A stretch of 44,760 nt of DNA, from NCBI GenBank assembly GCA_035503995.1, contig DATJSQ010000070.1, positions 1-44,760 of the forward strand, read 5' to 3'. The translations under genes were made by a program, and so were the position numbers. Positions 19,566 through 29,554 of this stretch are shown in pieces. Origin of the DNA: Verrucomicrobiia bacterium. Its GTDB lineage: Bacteria; Verrucomicrobiota; Verrucomicrobiia; Limisphaerales; UBA11358. Numbering within the stretch: the first letter of the stretch is position 1; each line of letters opens with the position of its first letter. The notes under the pieces are model-generated. The model was not told the DNA's origin. It saw only the letters and a program-made list of their open reading frames with translations, and searched no databases.

Positions 19566-19596
19566 TTCTTCCCAAAGTGACCGTGACTATCGGTGG

Positions 19597-20718
19597 TTAA
19601 AGTTTTTTTGAACCGTGTGTCCAATCCGCCCACAACCATTCCAAGGCTTCAGGCAATGTCTGTTGTTTTACCGCGCGGTCCGTGTGGCCGGCGTTGCGCG
19701 CAAAAACAAACTGGTAGTGATAGCCCTTCGCCGCCAGCGCCTTCGCCATGCGTTCATTCGCCGCCACCCAGTCATGCATGCCGTCGCGCATCACATTGGG
19801 ATTGAGCAGGTCGCGGTCGCCGACTTCCATCCAAATACGGATGGGTTTGGCCTGGCTGTCGGGAATCAAATGCTCATGAAAATCCCACGCGCCTCCGGGT
19901 GTGGCAGGATCATACGGCCATTGCTGGTTGACATACGTGCCTGAATAAGTGAGAACGCGATGGTATAGCTCCGGGTGATACCACGCCATAATCAAGGCAC
20001 AGGAACCGCCGGAACTGCCGCCCATTGTAGCGCGCTCGTCAGGGTCACGGGTCAACGTCACATGACATTTGCTTTCCACGAGCGGCAACACTTCCTGCTC
20101 GACGAATTCCGCATAGCGCCCGGACATGGTGTCGTATTCCAAACCGCGCTCGCTGCCTTGGGCATCGCCCCCGCCGTTGCCGATGGAAATGGCAACCATG
20201 ACCGGCACTTTCTTTTCTGCAATCAAATTATCCAACGCCGTGAACAAGACGCGGTCCGGCCCGTCCGCGCCGACGATGAAAGGCGCGGCTGTGCCGGGCA
20301 CATACTGCGCGGGGACATAAACCGCCACGTGGCGGGTATAAGGGGCCGGATGGCTCGTGGTCACGATAAGTTTGGCGGGATTGGCGGGGTCCGGCGTGCC
20401 AAACGTCCCCCTGTCGCGCGCGATTCCAGGATAGAATTTGCTGTCCACGGAGCTCATGGTGAACTCGTACACCGTTCCGTGGGGTGCGTTGGTTCGCACC
20501 GTCATCTCCTGCGCGGGGGGATGTGTCGGGCCGATGATAAAGTTTCCGTCCACGTCCGTCGGTGGTACGGCGCCATCGGGCAGTTCCGTGGCAGTGACGT
20601 ACCCCGGCGTATGCGGATCGCGTGTCGGCGGCCTCGGGCGGGCAGACTGGGCGAACGCGGGAATGACAATCGTCGTTAAAACCACCAACGCAATGTAAAG
20701 GGTCTTCGGCATCTTCAT
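19597..20718 (-). CDS. Secreted alpha/beta-hydrolase esterase (esterase D / enterochelin-esterase-like family)
   Basis: Signal peptide MKMPKTLYIALVVLTTIVIPAFAQS. Nucleophile-elbow region MGGSSGGSCALIMAWYHPELY. C-terminal ...ARNAGHTD with the putative His. Confidence 0.75.
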   Translation of the reverse strand: MKMPKTLYIALVVLTTIVIPAFAQSARPRPPTRDPHTPGYVTATELPDGAVPPTDVDGNFIIGPTHPPAQEMTVRTNAPHGTVYEFTMSSVDSKFYPGIARDRGTFGTPDPANPAKLIVTTSHPAPYTRHVAVYVPAQYVPGTAAPFIVGADGPDRVLFTALDNLIAEKKVPVMVAISIGNGGGDAQGSERGLEYDTMSGRYAEFVEQEVLPLVESKCHVTLTRDPDERATMGGSSGGSCALIMAWYHPELYHRVLTYSGTYVNQQWPYDPATPGGAWDFHEHLIPDSQAKPIRIWMEVGDRDLLNPNVMRDGMHDWVAANERMAKALAAKGYHYQFVFARNAGHTDRAVKQQTLPEALEWLWADWTHGSKKL

Positions 20719-20789
20719 CCGGGTCCTTAAGGTGCTCAAGGATATGTAACGAATGCACCGCCTGTTGCCAAGCTCGTCCTGGTCCGATT

Positions 20790-22031
20790 TTACCGCCTCC
20801 GCCTGGCCGGGCCAAAATGATAGCCGCCATGGACGCGCACGGCGCGAGCCTTTCCCGGATATCCGCCTGGTTTGCCAGACTTGTCTTCATCGAACAGCGC
20901 GGTATAGCGGTAATCGAAATTCTCGAGTCTCACGCGTTCAATCCTTTTGCTGATGAACCGCTCGATGGCAAACACATGTCCGGCGTCCTCGGCGGTCATG
21001 ATGGTGAAGGCGTCGCCGGTGGCCTCGGCGCGACCGGTGCGACCGATGCGGTGGATGTAATCCTCGGGATGCTGCGGCACATCGTAATTAATGACATGGC
21101 TGACTTCAGCGATGTCCAGTCCACGCGCGGCAATGTCCGTGGCCACGAGCACTTCAAAACGCCCGTCGCGAAATCCGCGCAATGCCTGCTCGCGCTCGCG
21201 CTGGGTGCGATTCGAGTGGAGAACAGCCACGGCATGATTCGCGCGCTTGAGCGTGTGCGCCACCCGGTCGGCGCCATGCTTGGTGCGGCAAAACACGATG
21301 ACAGAATCGTAATTGACAGAATCGAGTAACTTGAGCAACAGATCCGTCTTCTGGGAATCGGCCACGGGATAGATGACGTGTTTGACCGTCTCAGCGGGTG
21401 AACGGCGCGCGCCGATCTCAATCGTTTCGGGGTTGCGCATCGCCCATTTGATGAGCGTTTCAATTTGTGGCGGAATCGTCGCGGAGAACAAGGCCGTGTG
21501 ACGCTGCCGCGGACAGCGCTCCACAATATTGCGGACATCCGGCAAAAACCCCATGTCCAGCATCCGGTCGGCTTCGTCCAACACAAGAAATTCAACCCTG
21601 TCCAGCCTGACGGTGCCGCGCTCAAGATGGTCGAGCAATCGGCCGGGCGTCGCGACGACAATGTCTGTGCCGGCGCGCAACGAATCATTTTGCAGGCCAT
21701 AACCAACACCGCCAAAGACGACGGTTATCTGCAAATCGGTGAAACGCGCATAAGTGCGGAACGATGTCTCGACCTGGGCTGCCAATTCGCGCGTCGGTTC
21801 CAAAATGAGAGCCCGCGGGCTTTTGCCAGGCAAATGTTTGCCGAGCTTCGAAAGAATTGGCAGGGCGAACGCCGCAGTTTTGCCGGTGCCGGTCTGTGCG
21901 CTGCCGATGACGTCGCGTCCGGCAAGGACGAGAGGAATGGCGCGGAGTTGTATGGGCGTAGGGTCGGCATATCCCTTCGCTTTGACTCCATCAACTACCG
22001 TCGGAGCCAGGCCCAATTTACTAAATGGCAT
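20790..22031 (-). CDS. DEAD-box ATP-dependent RNA helicase (RhlE-like)
   Basis: Q motif GYADPTPIQ, motif I AQTGTGKT, motif Ia PTRELA, motif II DEAD, motif III SAT, motif VI HRIGRTGRA. Short basic C-terminal tail. Confidence 0.95.
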   Translation of the reverse strand: MPFSKLGLAPTVVDGVKAKGYADPTPIQLRAIPLVLAGRDVIGSAQTGTGKTAAFALPILSKLGKHLPGKSPRALILEPTRELAAQVETSFRTYARFTDLQITVVFGGVGYGLQNDSLRAGTDIVVATPGRLLDHLERGTVRLDRVEFLVLDEADRMLDMGFLPDVRNIVERCPRQRHTALFSATIPPQIETLIKWAMRNPETIEIGARRSPAETVKHVIYPVADSQKTDLLLKLLDSVNYDSVIVFCRTKHGADRVAHTLKRANHAVAVLHSNRTQREREQALRGFRDGRFEVLVATDIAARGLDIAEVSHVINYDVPQHPEDYIHRIGRTGRAEATGDAFTIMTAEDAGHVFAIERFISKRIERVRLENFDYRYTALFDEDKSGKPGGYPGKARAVRVHGGYHFGPARRRR

Positions 22032-22083
22032 GTATTACTCTACCAGCAGAGAAGATTAAAGAAAGCCCGGATTTTGCCGGGGT

Positions 22084-23742
22084 TTAAGACGGCGAAGGCA
22101 CTTCTTCCGTCGGCCTGGCTTCCCCTGTGGGCGCTTCATTTTGCGCGGTTTCCGCAGGAGCGGGTTCAGCCGGCGTTGGCGCAGGCCCCTCTGCTGCAGA
22201 CTCAATTGGCGTGGAAATATCCGGCGCGGGTTCGGCAGGCCCATCGGTCTGCGGCGGGGCCTCAATTCCCGTCGCCAGTTCACCTTCGGCCGCGGGCTTT
22301 TCCTCCGCCGGTTTCTTTTCGGGCTTCGGCGGCCTGGGCAACGGCTTCTTGGCCGTTTCCATTCGACCATCGGCAAATTCCAATACGTGCCCCTGATGAA
22401 TCAACCAGTGCAAATCGGAAATTAACGCCGTTTGCTCCGGCGTCGGCTCGGTCGGAACGGGAACTTCAGGCTCTTCCGGCTTCACTTCCAAAACCGCGGG
22501 CTTGGGCGTCGGGGCCAGCGATTCAACCAATTTCCGCCGGGTACATTTTGGATTGGCATTGATGAACTCGACAATGCGCTTGATGTTTTCGGAAACCGGC
22601 GTCGTTTCCAGGTCTAAAAATTGCGGGCGCGCCACGCTGACGTGGACGACGGTCTTGTTGACCTTGAAAAATTGCAGGCCGTGCGAGGCAAATTGTTTGC
22701 TCAACGCCATCGCCAGTTGCAGCGGAAACCGCCTTTGATCCTCCCATTCCAATCGAACCAGCCGATACAATCCGCCGCAGCGCAAATTCCGGCTCTTGAC
22801 ACCGTCAACGACAAGGGTCTCGACGGATTTGACGATTGTTTCCTTGTGCGTGGCGCGGAAGTGCTTCTCCACTTCATCCATCGCCGGTAATTTGAGCGGT
22901 TCGGGCACGTTGAGACAGGTGTATTCGGTCTTGAAACTTTGTTCCTCAATCCATTTCTTCACCACGGCTTCATCTTTGACGATTTTCACGCGCGCTTTGA
23001 AAACGTCGAATGGCATCCGGGAAAAACGCTCGGTGTGCAGCTTGCGCAATTGGTTCTGGTAATCGTGATAATTTGGTGGTCCTAAAATTACCCCGCTCAT
23101 GCCGCATTGCGCCACAAACGTATAAGTGCCTTTGGGCGGCTCCGTCGGGGTGCGCTCGGTCTGGTAAAATGTGCCGAAATGATTTTTGAGAATATGCGCC
23201 ACCGCTTCGTCCTCTGAAAGCCAGGGCGTGTCGTCGAGCGCGCAAACAAAAAGCGGTTGGACAACTTTATCGTCCTTCTTTTTCAGCGCCAATTGGACTG
23301 AATAACGCTCCGGCTTCTCCAGGACCAATTGCGCAATTTGAAACAGGGGATAAGCGCGGCCGGTCATTTTGATTTGCCGCGCCAATTGTTCCACGCCTTT
23401 TTCTTCAGCCAGAAAAGTCACCCCCACTTCGGGCAACGGCGCCGGCGGCTCCGGACGCTCGCGCCGCTCGCCGCGCCCTCCGCGTTCGCCACGTTCGCCT
23501 CGGTGAAAATCTCCCGTATGCCGATCATTCTTTCCCCCGGGCTTCCTGCCGGAACGCGGGCGACCTTCACGACGTTCGCCGCCTTCGGGTCGCGGACCGC
23601 GGCGTTCGCCGCGCCGACGCACTGGCTCGGCGACCTCCTCACCGGTAAATTTTTCAAAGAGATTGGTTCCGGCCGTCCTTTTTGTCCAAGCCGGCTGAAA
23701 CAAATTCTCCAAATCGAGACCGAGGTCGGGACTATCGCTCAT
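22084..23742 (-). CDS. Uncharacterised protein: RG/RE-rich N-terminal tract, unassignable folded core, P/E/A-rich C-terminal tail
   Basis: Clean ATG start. It sits 20 nt downstream of the recA stop, and the helicase start follows 52 nt after its stop. Codon usage looks like its neighbours. I recognise no family motif. Confidence 0.8.
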   Translation of the reverse strand: MSDSPDLGLDLENLFQPAWTKRTAGTNLFEKFTGEEVAEPVRRRGERRGPRPEGGERREGRPRSGRKPGGKNDRHTGDFHRGERGERGGRGERRERPEPPAPLPEVGVTFLAEEKGVEQLARQIKMTGRAYPLFQIAQLVLEKPERYSVQLALKKKDDKVVQPLFVCALDDTPWLSEDEAVAHILKNHFGTFYQTERTPTEPPKGTYTFVAQCGMSGVILGPPNYHDYQNQLRKLHTERFSRMPFDVFKARVKIVKDEAVVKKWIEEQSFKTEYTCLNVPEPLKLPAMDEVEKHFRATHKETIVKSVETLVVDGVKSRNLRCGGLYRLVRLEWEDQRRFPLQLAMALSKQFASHGLQFFKVNKTVVHVSVARPQFLDLETTPVSENIKRIVEFINANPKCTRRKLVESLAPTPKPAVLEVKPEEPEVPVPTEPTPEQTALISDLHWLIHQGHVLEFADGRMETAKKPLPRPPKPEKKPAEEKPAAEGELATGIEAPPQTDGPAEPAPDISTPIESAAEGPAPTPAEPAPAETAQNEAPTGEARPTEEVPSPS

Positions 23743-23762
23743 GTATATTTACCTTACAGCAA

Positions 23763-24818
23763 TTATTCCGCCGTCGCACCATTGCGCTTCGCCAAAATCG
23801 CATCCATAATTTTTTTCGCAAGTGCGGGCTTTTCCGCCAGCGCCTTTTGCGCAGCCTCTTTCCCCTGCCCTATCAAATCACCCTCGAATTGCAACCATGC
23901 GCCTTTTTTCTCCACAATCCCATTTTCAATGCCAACGTCCAAAATACTGCCTTCCTTGTTGATGCCGTGGTTATAGACAATGTCGAATTCCGCCTCGGCA
24001 AACGGCGGCGCCACCTTGTTCTTTACAATTTTCACTTTGACGTGGTTACCAATGGCGTTTCCCGCCGGGTCTTTCAGTGTGTCCTTGCGCCGGATATCAA
24101 TCCGCACACTGGCATAGAATTTCAGGGCCTTGCCACCAGGCGTCGTTTCGGGATTGCCGAACATCACGCCAACTTTCTCGCGCAATTGGTTCGTAAAAAT
24201 GCATGTCGTCTTTGATTTGCTCAAAACCGCGGTCAGCTTGCGCAGCGCCTGCGACATCAAACGCGCCTGCATGCCCATCGTGGCCATGCCCATTTCGCCC
24301 TCCAGTTCCGCCTTCGGCACCAGCGCGGCCACTGAATCAATCACAATCACGTCCAGCGCATTCGAACGCGCCAGAGTCTCGCAAATCGTCAACGCTTCTT
24401 CCCCGGAATCCGGTTGGGAGACCAACAGGTCGTCCAGGTTCACGCCGAGTTTTTTTGCATACCCGGGATCCAGCGCGTGCTCCGCGTCAATAAACGCCGC
24501 CAACCCGCCGCCTTTTTGCGCGTTGGCAATCACGTGGAGCATCAAGGTGGTTTTGCCGGACGATTCCGGCCCAAAAATTTCCACCACCCGGCCCCGCGGC
24601 ACTCCACCCACGCCGAGGGCCAGATCCACCGCCAACGCGCCGGTGGAAATTACCTCAATTTTTTTCAGCGCATGCGCCTCTCCCAAGCGCATGATGGCGC
24701 CGTCGCCGTAACTCTTGGTAATGGTCGAAATGGCCGCTTCGAGTTCGCGCGCGTGCGTGGCGGCGGGTTTGGTTTCCGCGGCTTTTTCGACGGTTTTCTC
24801 TGCTGATTTGGCTGCCAT
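23763..24818 (-). CDS. recA: Recombinase RecA
   Basis: Walker [64 protein letters not shown] 24818 (MAAKSAEK...) preferred over the track start at 24851. Confidence 0.97.
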   Translation of the reverse strand: MAAKSAEKTVEKAAETKPAATHARELEAAISTITKSYGDGAIMRLGEAHALKKIEVISTGALAVDLALGVGGVPRGRVVEIFGPESSGKTTLMLHVIANAQKGGGLAAFIDAEHALDPGYAKKLGVNLDDLLVSQPDSGEEALTICETLARSNALDVIVIDSVAALVPKAELEGEMGMATMGMQARLMSQALRKLTAVLSKSKTTCIFTNQLREKVGVMFGNPETTPGGKALKFYASVRIDIRRKDTLKDPAGNAIGNHVKVKIVKNKVAPPFAEAEFDIVYNHGINKEGSILDVGIENGIVEKKGAWLQFEGDLIGQGKEAAQKALAEKPALAKKIMDAILAKRNGATAE

Positions 24819-25010
24819 AAGATGGAATTTGGTTGTCGTTAAACGAATCAAAATACTAACGAGTTTTCAGTCCCGAGTCAAACTGTCACGCTGTAAAAAG
24901 CGATTTCGATTGCCGGGACTGGCGCGGTTCTTCACTATATGGTATCAGCATTAAAGAGTGATCCATCCATTCTCCATTGCCGCGCCGTCGCAATTGCAAA
25001 GAAATTCTTT

Positions 25011-26276
25011 ATGAATGCTGGAAATGATGACAAATCGTTTGGACCGCCCCGCCGAAAACTTCGTCCGGGTTTCCAGTGGGCGTTTGTCCTGGTGTTTGGC
25101 ATGGGGCTGGGTCTGCTGCTGGATCGCTGGATGTTAATGACATTTCTGCCTTCCGACGCTCTTTCGGATTTCCGTCTCATGTCAGAAGCGTGGAACACCA
25201 TTGAACGGTTCTATGTGGACCGCGCGGCGGTCAAGCCCGAAGCCCTTACCTACGGCGCCATCAGCGGAATGGTGAATGCCCTGGGCGACACCGGTCACAG
25301 TGTTTTTTTGACTCCCGGCATGGTCAAGGAACTTCACGTCATGGAGAGCGGCAAGCTAAAAGGCGTCGGATTGGAGGTTCAAATGAAAAACGCGCAGGTG
25401 GTCATCGTTGCGCCCATGGACAATTCGCCGGCGCTACGTTCCGGCTTGCGCAGTGGCGATATTATTGTGAGCGTTGATGGTCGGGACATTGCCGGGATGC
25501 CGTTGGACCAGGTCGTCGAAGAGATTTCCGGTCCGCCCGGCACTTCAGTCGAACTGGGAACCTTGAATCCGAAAACCCATCGCCTTCGCAGTGTCACCAT
25601 TGTCCGGGCGACAATTAACATCAGCGATGTCACCTGGGCGCGGTTGCCCGGAACGGACGTGGCGGACGTTCGCATTGCCAGTTTTGAGGACAATATGGCA
25701 GACGACCTGCGCGCCGATTTGCGGGAAATCCATCGGCAGCAGATGAGGGGATTGATTCTGGATTTGCGCGGCAACCCCGGCGGTGTGCTGGACGAGGCCG
25801 TCCAGGTGGCCAGCCAGTTCCTGACTCATGGCAACGTGCTCCTTGTCAAGGATGCTAAAGGAAAAATCACGGCGATTCCAGTGTTGCCGGGCGGCCTGGC
25901 AACCAACATTCCCATGGCGGTTTTAATTGACTACGGCACGGCCAGTGCCGCTGAAATTGTCGCTGGCGCGCTCCGGGACGCGCACCGGGGAGAACTGATA
26001 GGAGAAACCACATTTGGAACCGGCACGGTCTTAAACGAGTTTCCGCTCCCGGGAGGCTCCGCCATTTTGCTTGCGGTCGAGGAATGGCTCACGCCCGACG
26101 GACAATCGTTCTGGCACAAAGGAATTTCCCCGCAGATTACTGTGGCGCTGCCGCCGGACGCCAATGCGTTGTTTCCCAAAGACATGGGAGGCATGACCGC
26201 ACACGACTTGGAATCTTCGCAGGACAAACAATTGTTGCGCGGCCTGGAATGGGTGACGCAACAGACTAATCAGTGA
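25011..26276 (+). CDS. ctp: S41 carboxyl-terminal processing peptidase (Ctp/Prc-like) with a PDZ domain
   Basis: N-terminal TM segment. PDZ region GVGLEVQMKN...PALRSGLRSGDIIVSVDG. DLRGNPGGVL block. Catalytic Ser context GTASAAEIVAGAL. Confidence 0.9.
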   Translation: MNAGNDDKSFGPPRRKLRPGFQWAFVLVFGMGLGLLLDRWMLMTFLPSDALSDFRLMSEAWNTIERFYVDRAAVKPEALTYGAISGMVNALGDTGHSVFLTPGMVKELHVMESGKLKGVGLEVQMKNAQVVIVAPMDNSPALRSGLRSGDIIVSVDGRDIAGMPLDQVVEEISGPPGTSVELGTLNPKTHRLRSVTIVRATINISDVTWARLPGTDVADVRIASFEDNMADDLRADLREIHRQQMRGLILDLRGNPGGVLDEAVQVASQFLTHGNVLLVKDAKGKITAIPVLPGGLATNIPMAVLIDYGTASAAEIVAGALRDAHRGELIGETTFGTGTVLNEFPLPGGSAILLAVEEWLTPDGQSFWHKGISPQITVALPPDANALFPKDMGGMTAHDLESSQDKQLLRGLEWVTQQTNQ

Positions 26277-26368
26277 CTTCCAGTCAATTTTACGATTTAA
26301 CATGCATGCTTCGCGTGGGCAGGCGACAAATCGAAAATCCAAAGACCGTCAAGCGCAATTCGCAAGGG

Positions 26369-28270
26369 TCAGGCCGTGGTGACCATTTCCGGCTCGGGCG
26401 TATCCAGGAACCCCTGCAAATGCCTGACGCGCGTCGGATGCCGCAATTTACGCAGCGCCTTCGCCTCAATCTGCCGGATGCGTTCGCGGGTGACGTTGTA
26501 CATCTTGCCGATTTCCTCTAGCGTGCGCTCATAGCCATCAAGCAGCCCGAAACGCATTTCAAGGATTTTGCGCTCCCGCTCGGTGAGGGTCGTCAACACG
26601 TCGCTTAATTTCTCCCGGAGCAGGCTGTAACTCGTCACATCAGACGGATTTTCCGCCGATTTGTCCTCGATGAAATCCCCGACACTCACGTCGCCGTCGT
26701 CTCCGACGGGCGCATGGAGAGAGACGGGTTGCTGCGCCATCTTGAGCAAGGCATGAATGCGCGCGACCGGCATGTGCATTTCGTCTGCCAGTTCTTCGGG
26801 CGTAGGCTCCCGCCCAAGCTCCTGGGTGAGCTGCTTTTGCGCCCGCCACAGCTTGTTCATGATTTCAATCATGTGGACCGGAATGCGAATTGTCCGCGCC
26901 TGGTCCGCAATCGAGCGGGTGATGGCCTGCCGAATCCACCAAATCGCATAGGTGGAAAACTTGTAGCCGCGGCGATATTCGAATTTCTCGACGCCCTTCA
27001 TCAAACCGATGTTTCCCTCCTGGATCAAATCCAGGAACGATTGGCCGCGATTTGTGTATTTTTTGGCCACGGAGACCACCAGGCGAAGGTTGGCCTCCGC
27101 CATGTGGGTCTTGGCCTTCAAGCCGCGGTCCGCGGCCGATTTCAGTTCCCCAAAAATTTTGAAGAATTCTTCGCGCGGCATCCGGACAAACTGCTCCAGC
27201 GTGGCGATTTTCCCGCGTTCGGCTTCGATGGCGGCCCGCCGCTCGGGAGTCGCCCGCTGACCCTCCAGTTCCTGTATGTGCCGCAGGCTCACCTGGAATT
27301 TTTCATGAATGTTTCCGGCCACGACGATCATTTCTTCAACGACTTTCTGCTTATAATAGAACTTCGGAAACATATCCTGCAATTTGGCGCTCATTTTCTT
27401 CAATTCCCGCGCCAACTTTTCCTTGCGGCCCTTCTGCTGCGCCTTTTGCCAGTTGAAATATTTGGCGTCCACTTTTTGGTCGAGGCCATGCACCTTTTTA
27501 ATGAGCTTGCGCAGGTCGCGCAAATGCCCTTCGCGATTGGCGATCTTTTTGTCAACAATCACCCGGTCAAACCGCTCCTTGGGCGGCTCGGACAATAACT
27601 TTTCCGCGATGGCGATGTGCTCCTTGGCGGTAAAGCCGAGGTTGTAGATAATGGTTTTCATCGCCACTTCGGCTTCCTCGATTTTTTTGCAAATCTCCAC
27701 TTCCTGTTCGCGTGTAAGCAAAGGCACCTTGCCCATTTGATTCATATACATGCGAACCGGGTCGTCCAAAATTTCCAGCCGCGCATCCTCATCCACCTCT
27801 TCTTGCGGGCTGTCCGGCTGCTTGCTGCGCTCGGCGCGCTCGGCTTCAGCCTGGTCCATGACAATTTCCACGTCGAGGCTGCGGAGCTTGGTAAGCAGCG
27901 CGTCCAAATCGTCGGGGTTTAAATTATCCGGCAAAATGTCATTAATATCGTCGTAAGTGATGTAACCGTGCTCTTGCGAGAGATGCAGCAAGGTTTTAAT
28001 CGTCTCCGTCAAATCTATGGACGGCTGGGCCGGCATCTGGGAGCCGCCATTCGCATGGCCGTTTTGCACACGCTTGTCCGCTTCGGCAATTGAGTTTGCC
28101 GCGGATTTGGATTTCCCATTTGTCTCCGGCGCCGGCGCGGCATTCCGCCGCGCGCTGCTTGCGATTACAAAACGCCGCCGGGGAGCAGGTTTGGCTCCGA
28201 CCTTTCGTCCGGCGTTGCGACGGCTTTTTTGCGACGCGCTGTCCGGTGACGATTTTTTTCTTCTTAACAT
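26369..28270 (-). CDS. rpoD: Primary RNA polymerase sigma factor RpoD with a basic N-terminal extension
   Basis: Region 2 ([29 protein letters not shown]), region 3, and region 4.2 ([30 protein letters not shown]). About 90 aa of K/R/A/S-rich sequence precede region 1.1. Confidence 0.97.
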   Translation of the reverse strand: MLRRKKSSPDSASQKSRRNAGRKVGAKPAPRRRFVIASSARRNAAPAPETNGKSKSAANSIAEADKRVQNGHANGGSQMPAQPSIDLTETIKTLLHLSQEHGYITYDDINDILPDNLNPDDLDALLTKLRSLDVEIVMDQAEAERAERSKQPDSPQEEVDEDARLEILDDPVRMYMNQMGKVPLLTREQEVEICKKIEEAEVAMKTIIYNLGFTAKEHIAIAEKLLSEPPKERFDRVIVDKKIANREGHLRDLRKLIKKVHGLDQKVDAKYFNWQKAQQKGRKEKLARELKKMSAKLQDMFPKFYYKQKVVEEMIVVAGNIHEKFQVSLRHIQELEGQRATPERRAAIEAERGKIATLEQFVRMPREEFFKIFGELKSAADRGLKAKTHMAEANLRLVVSVAKKYTNRGQSFLDLIQEGNIGLMKGVEKFEYRRGYKFSTYAIWWIRQAITRSIADQARTIRIPVHMIEIMNKLWRAQKQLTQELGREPTPEELADEMHMPVARIHALLKMAQQPVSLHAPVGDDGDVSVGDFIEDKSAENPSDVTSYSLLREKLSDVLTTLTERERKILEMRFGLLDGYERTLEEIGKMYNVTRERIRQIEAKALRKLRHPTRVRHLQGFLDTPEPEMVTTA

Positions 28271-28624
28271 AGAATATCAGACCTAATCAAGTGGCTTTGG
28301 TTCAGAATAAATCATGAATTTACCCAGCCCCGTCCGGCTGAAAATGTTCACCCGCAAACTCGCCTGTGAGTCATAGAAATCGCGAACACCGGAAGCCCGA
28401 CGTGGATTCATCCTAACTGTTTCCCGGCAGAATTCAAGCAAAATCGTCGCTTTAGCGAAACAATTGGGGCGAAAACAAAAACATGTAAAATTCAGCAAAA
28501 TAAGCTGAAAATCAACAGATTGCGTTGAACTAAGGTTTGAAAACCAAATGAAATTTGAGACTCGTTACCTCGTCTCCTTCAGCCAAATGAATTTCTTTGA
28601 CGGGCTGCCAAGAGCGATTCCAGA

Positions 28625-29548
28625 CTAAACGGGGTTTCGGACTGTTGCAATGTCTTTGCGGATTTGCGCCTGCAATTCTTCTTTTGAGCCAAAATGGCGC
28701 TCGTCCCGCAGCTTTTCGCCTATTTCCACTTGCAATGTTTCACCGTAGAGATCGCCATCAAAGTCCAACAAGTGAGCCTCAACCCGAAGCTCCGGATGGC
28801 CTGAAGCAATGGTAGGACGAAATCCGATGTTAAGGGCCACGCGATAGGTTTGGGCCTTTAGGGTGGTGCGGGCAGCATAGACGCCGTTCGGCGGAAGGAG
28901 CAGTCCGCCGACCTCCAGGTTGGCCGTGGGGAATCCAAATTTTTGGCCAATCCGGTCGCCGGAGATGACCTTGCCGGAGATGGCGTACGCTCGACCGAGC
29001 ATTTGACTGGCCGTGTCAATGTCTCCGGAACGGATCAATTCACGGATTCGAGTGCTGCTGACAATTTCTCCATCGAGCGAAACCGCCGAGAGGCCATGGA
29101 CCTGAAAATTCAGTTCCGCCCCCAACTTTTTAAGAAGGGCCACATTTCCGCCGCGCCGGGAGCCAAATTCAAAATTAGCGCCGACGCAAATGCTGTGGAT
29201 TTTGCCGAAATCACCGGCCAGGTTCCGGATGAATTGCCCGCCGGTTTGTCCGCTGAATTTTTTGTCAAAATGAATCAGCAAAATATTTTCGACGCCAAGC
29301 GATTCAATCGTCAGCAATTTTTGCGGGAGCGAATAGATCAACGGCGGGACCTTTGCCGGCATCACCACCGAGTTGGGGTGCTGATCAAACGTCAGGACGA
29401 CCGAGAGGGCATCATGCTGCCGCGCGTCGGAAATGGTCTGTCGGATGATTTGCTGATGGCCCAGATGGACGCCGTCAAAAAAGCCGATGGCCAGGCATAT
29501 CTTTTTGCCTTTGGGATTCAATTCATTCGCGGCCCGGATGATTTTCAT
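28625..29548 (-). CDS. ribF: Bifunctional riboflavin kinase / FAD synthetase
   Basis: AIGFFDGVHLGHQ, FDQHP, and the kinase part GFPTANL...GVYA...RVEAHLLDF..DLYG. Confidence 0.95.
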   Translation of the reverse strand: MKIIRAANELNPKGKKICLAIGFFDGVHLGHQQIIRQTISDARQHDALSVVLTFDQHPNSVVMPAKVPPLIYSLPQKLLTIESLGVENILLIHFDKKFSGQTGGQFIRNLAGDFGKIHSICVGANFEFGSRRGGNVALLKKLGAELNFQVHGLSAVSLDGEIVSSTRIRELIRSGDIDTASQMLGRAYAISGKVISGDRIGQKFGFPTANLEVGGLLLPPNGVYAARTTLKAQTYRVALNIGFRPTIASGHPELRVEAHLLDFDGDLYGETLQVEIGEKLRDERHFGSKEELQAQIRKDIATVRNPV

Positions 29549-29554
29549 TTTAAT

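Noticed and set aside
21465-22562. 365-aa ORF on the plus strand spanning the helicase/unknown-protein junction
   Set aside because: It is antisense to two well-supported genes and crosses their intergenic spacer. The translation is low complexity (R/A/P-rich).
24819-25010. Searched for a LexA/SOS box upstream of recA
   Set aside because: CTGTCACGCTGT is not palindromic, and no TGTTC-N4-GAACA is seen. A proper matrix scan could still find a divergent site.
28283-28498. 71-aa ORF in the ribF-rpoD spacer
   Set aside because: It is Cys/Phe-rich, has no start context, and lies in an AT-richer noncoding-looking region. It is treated as leader or promoter DNA.
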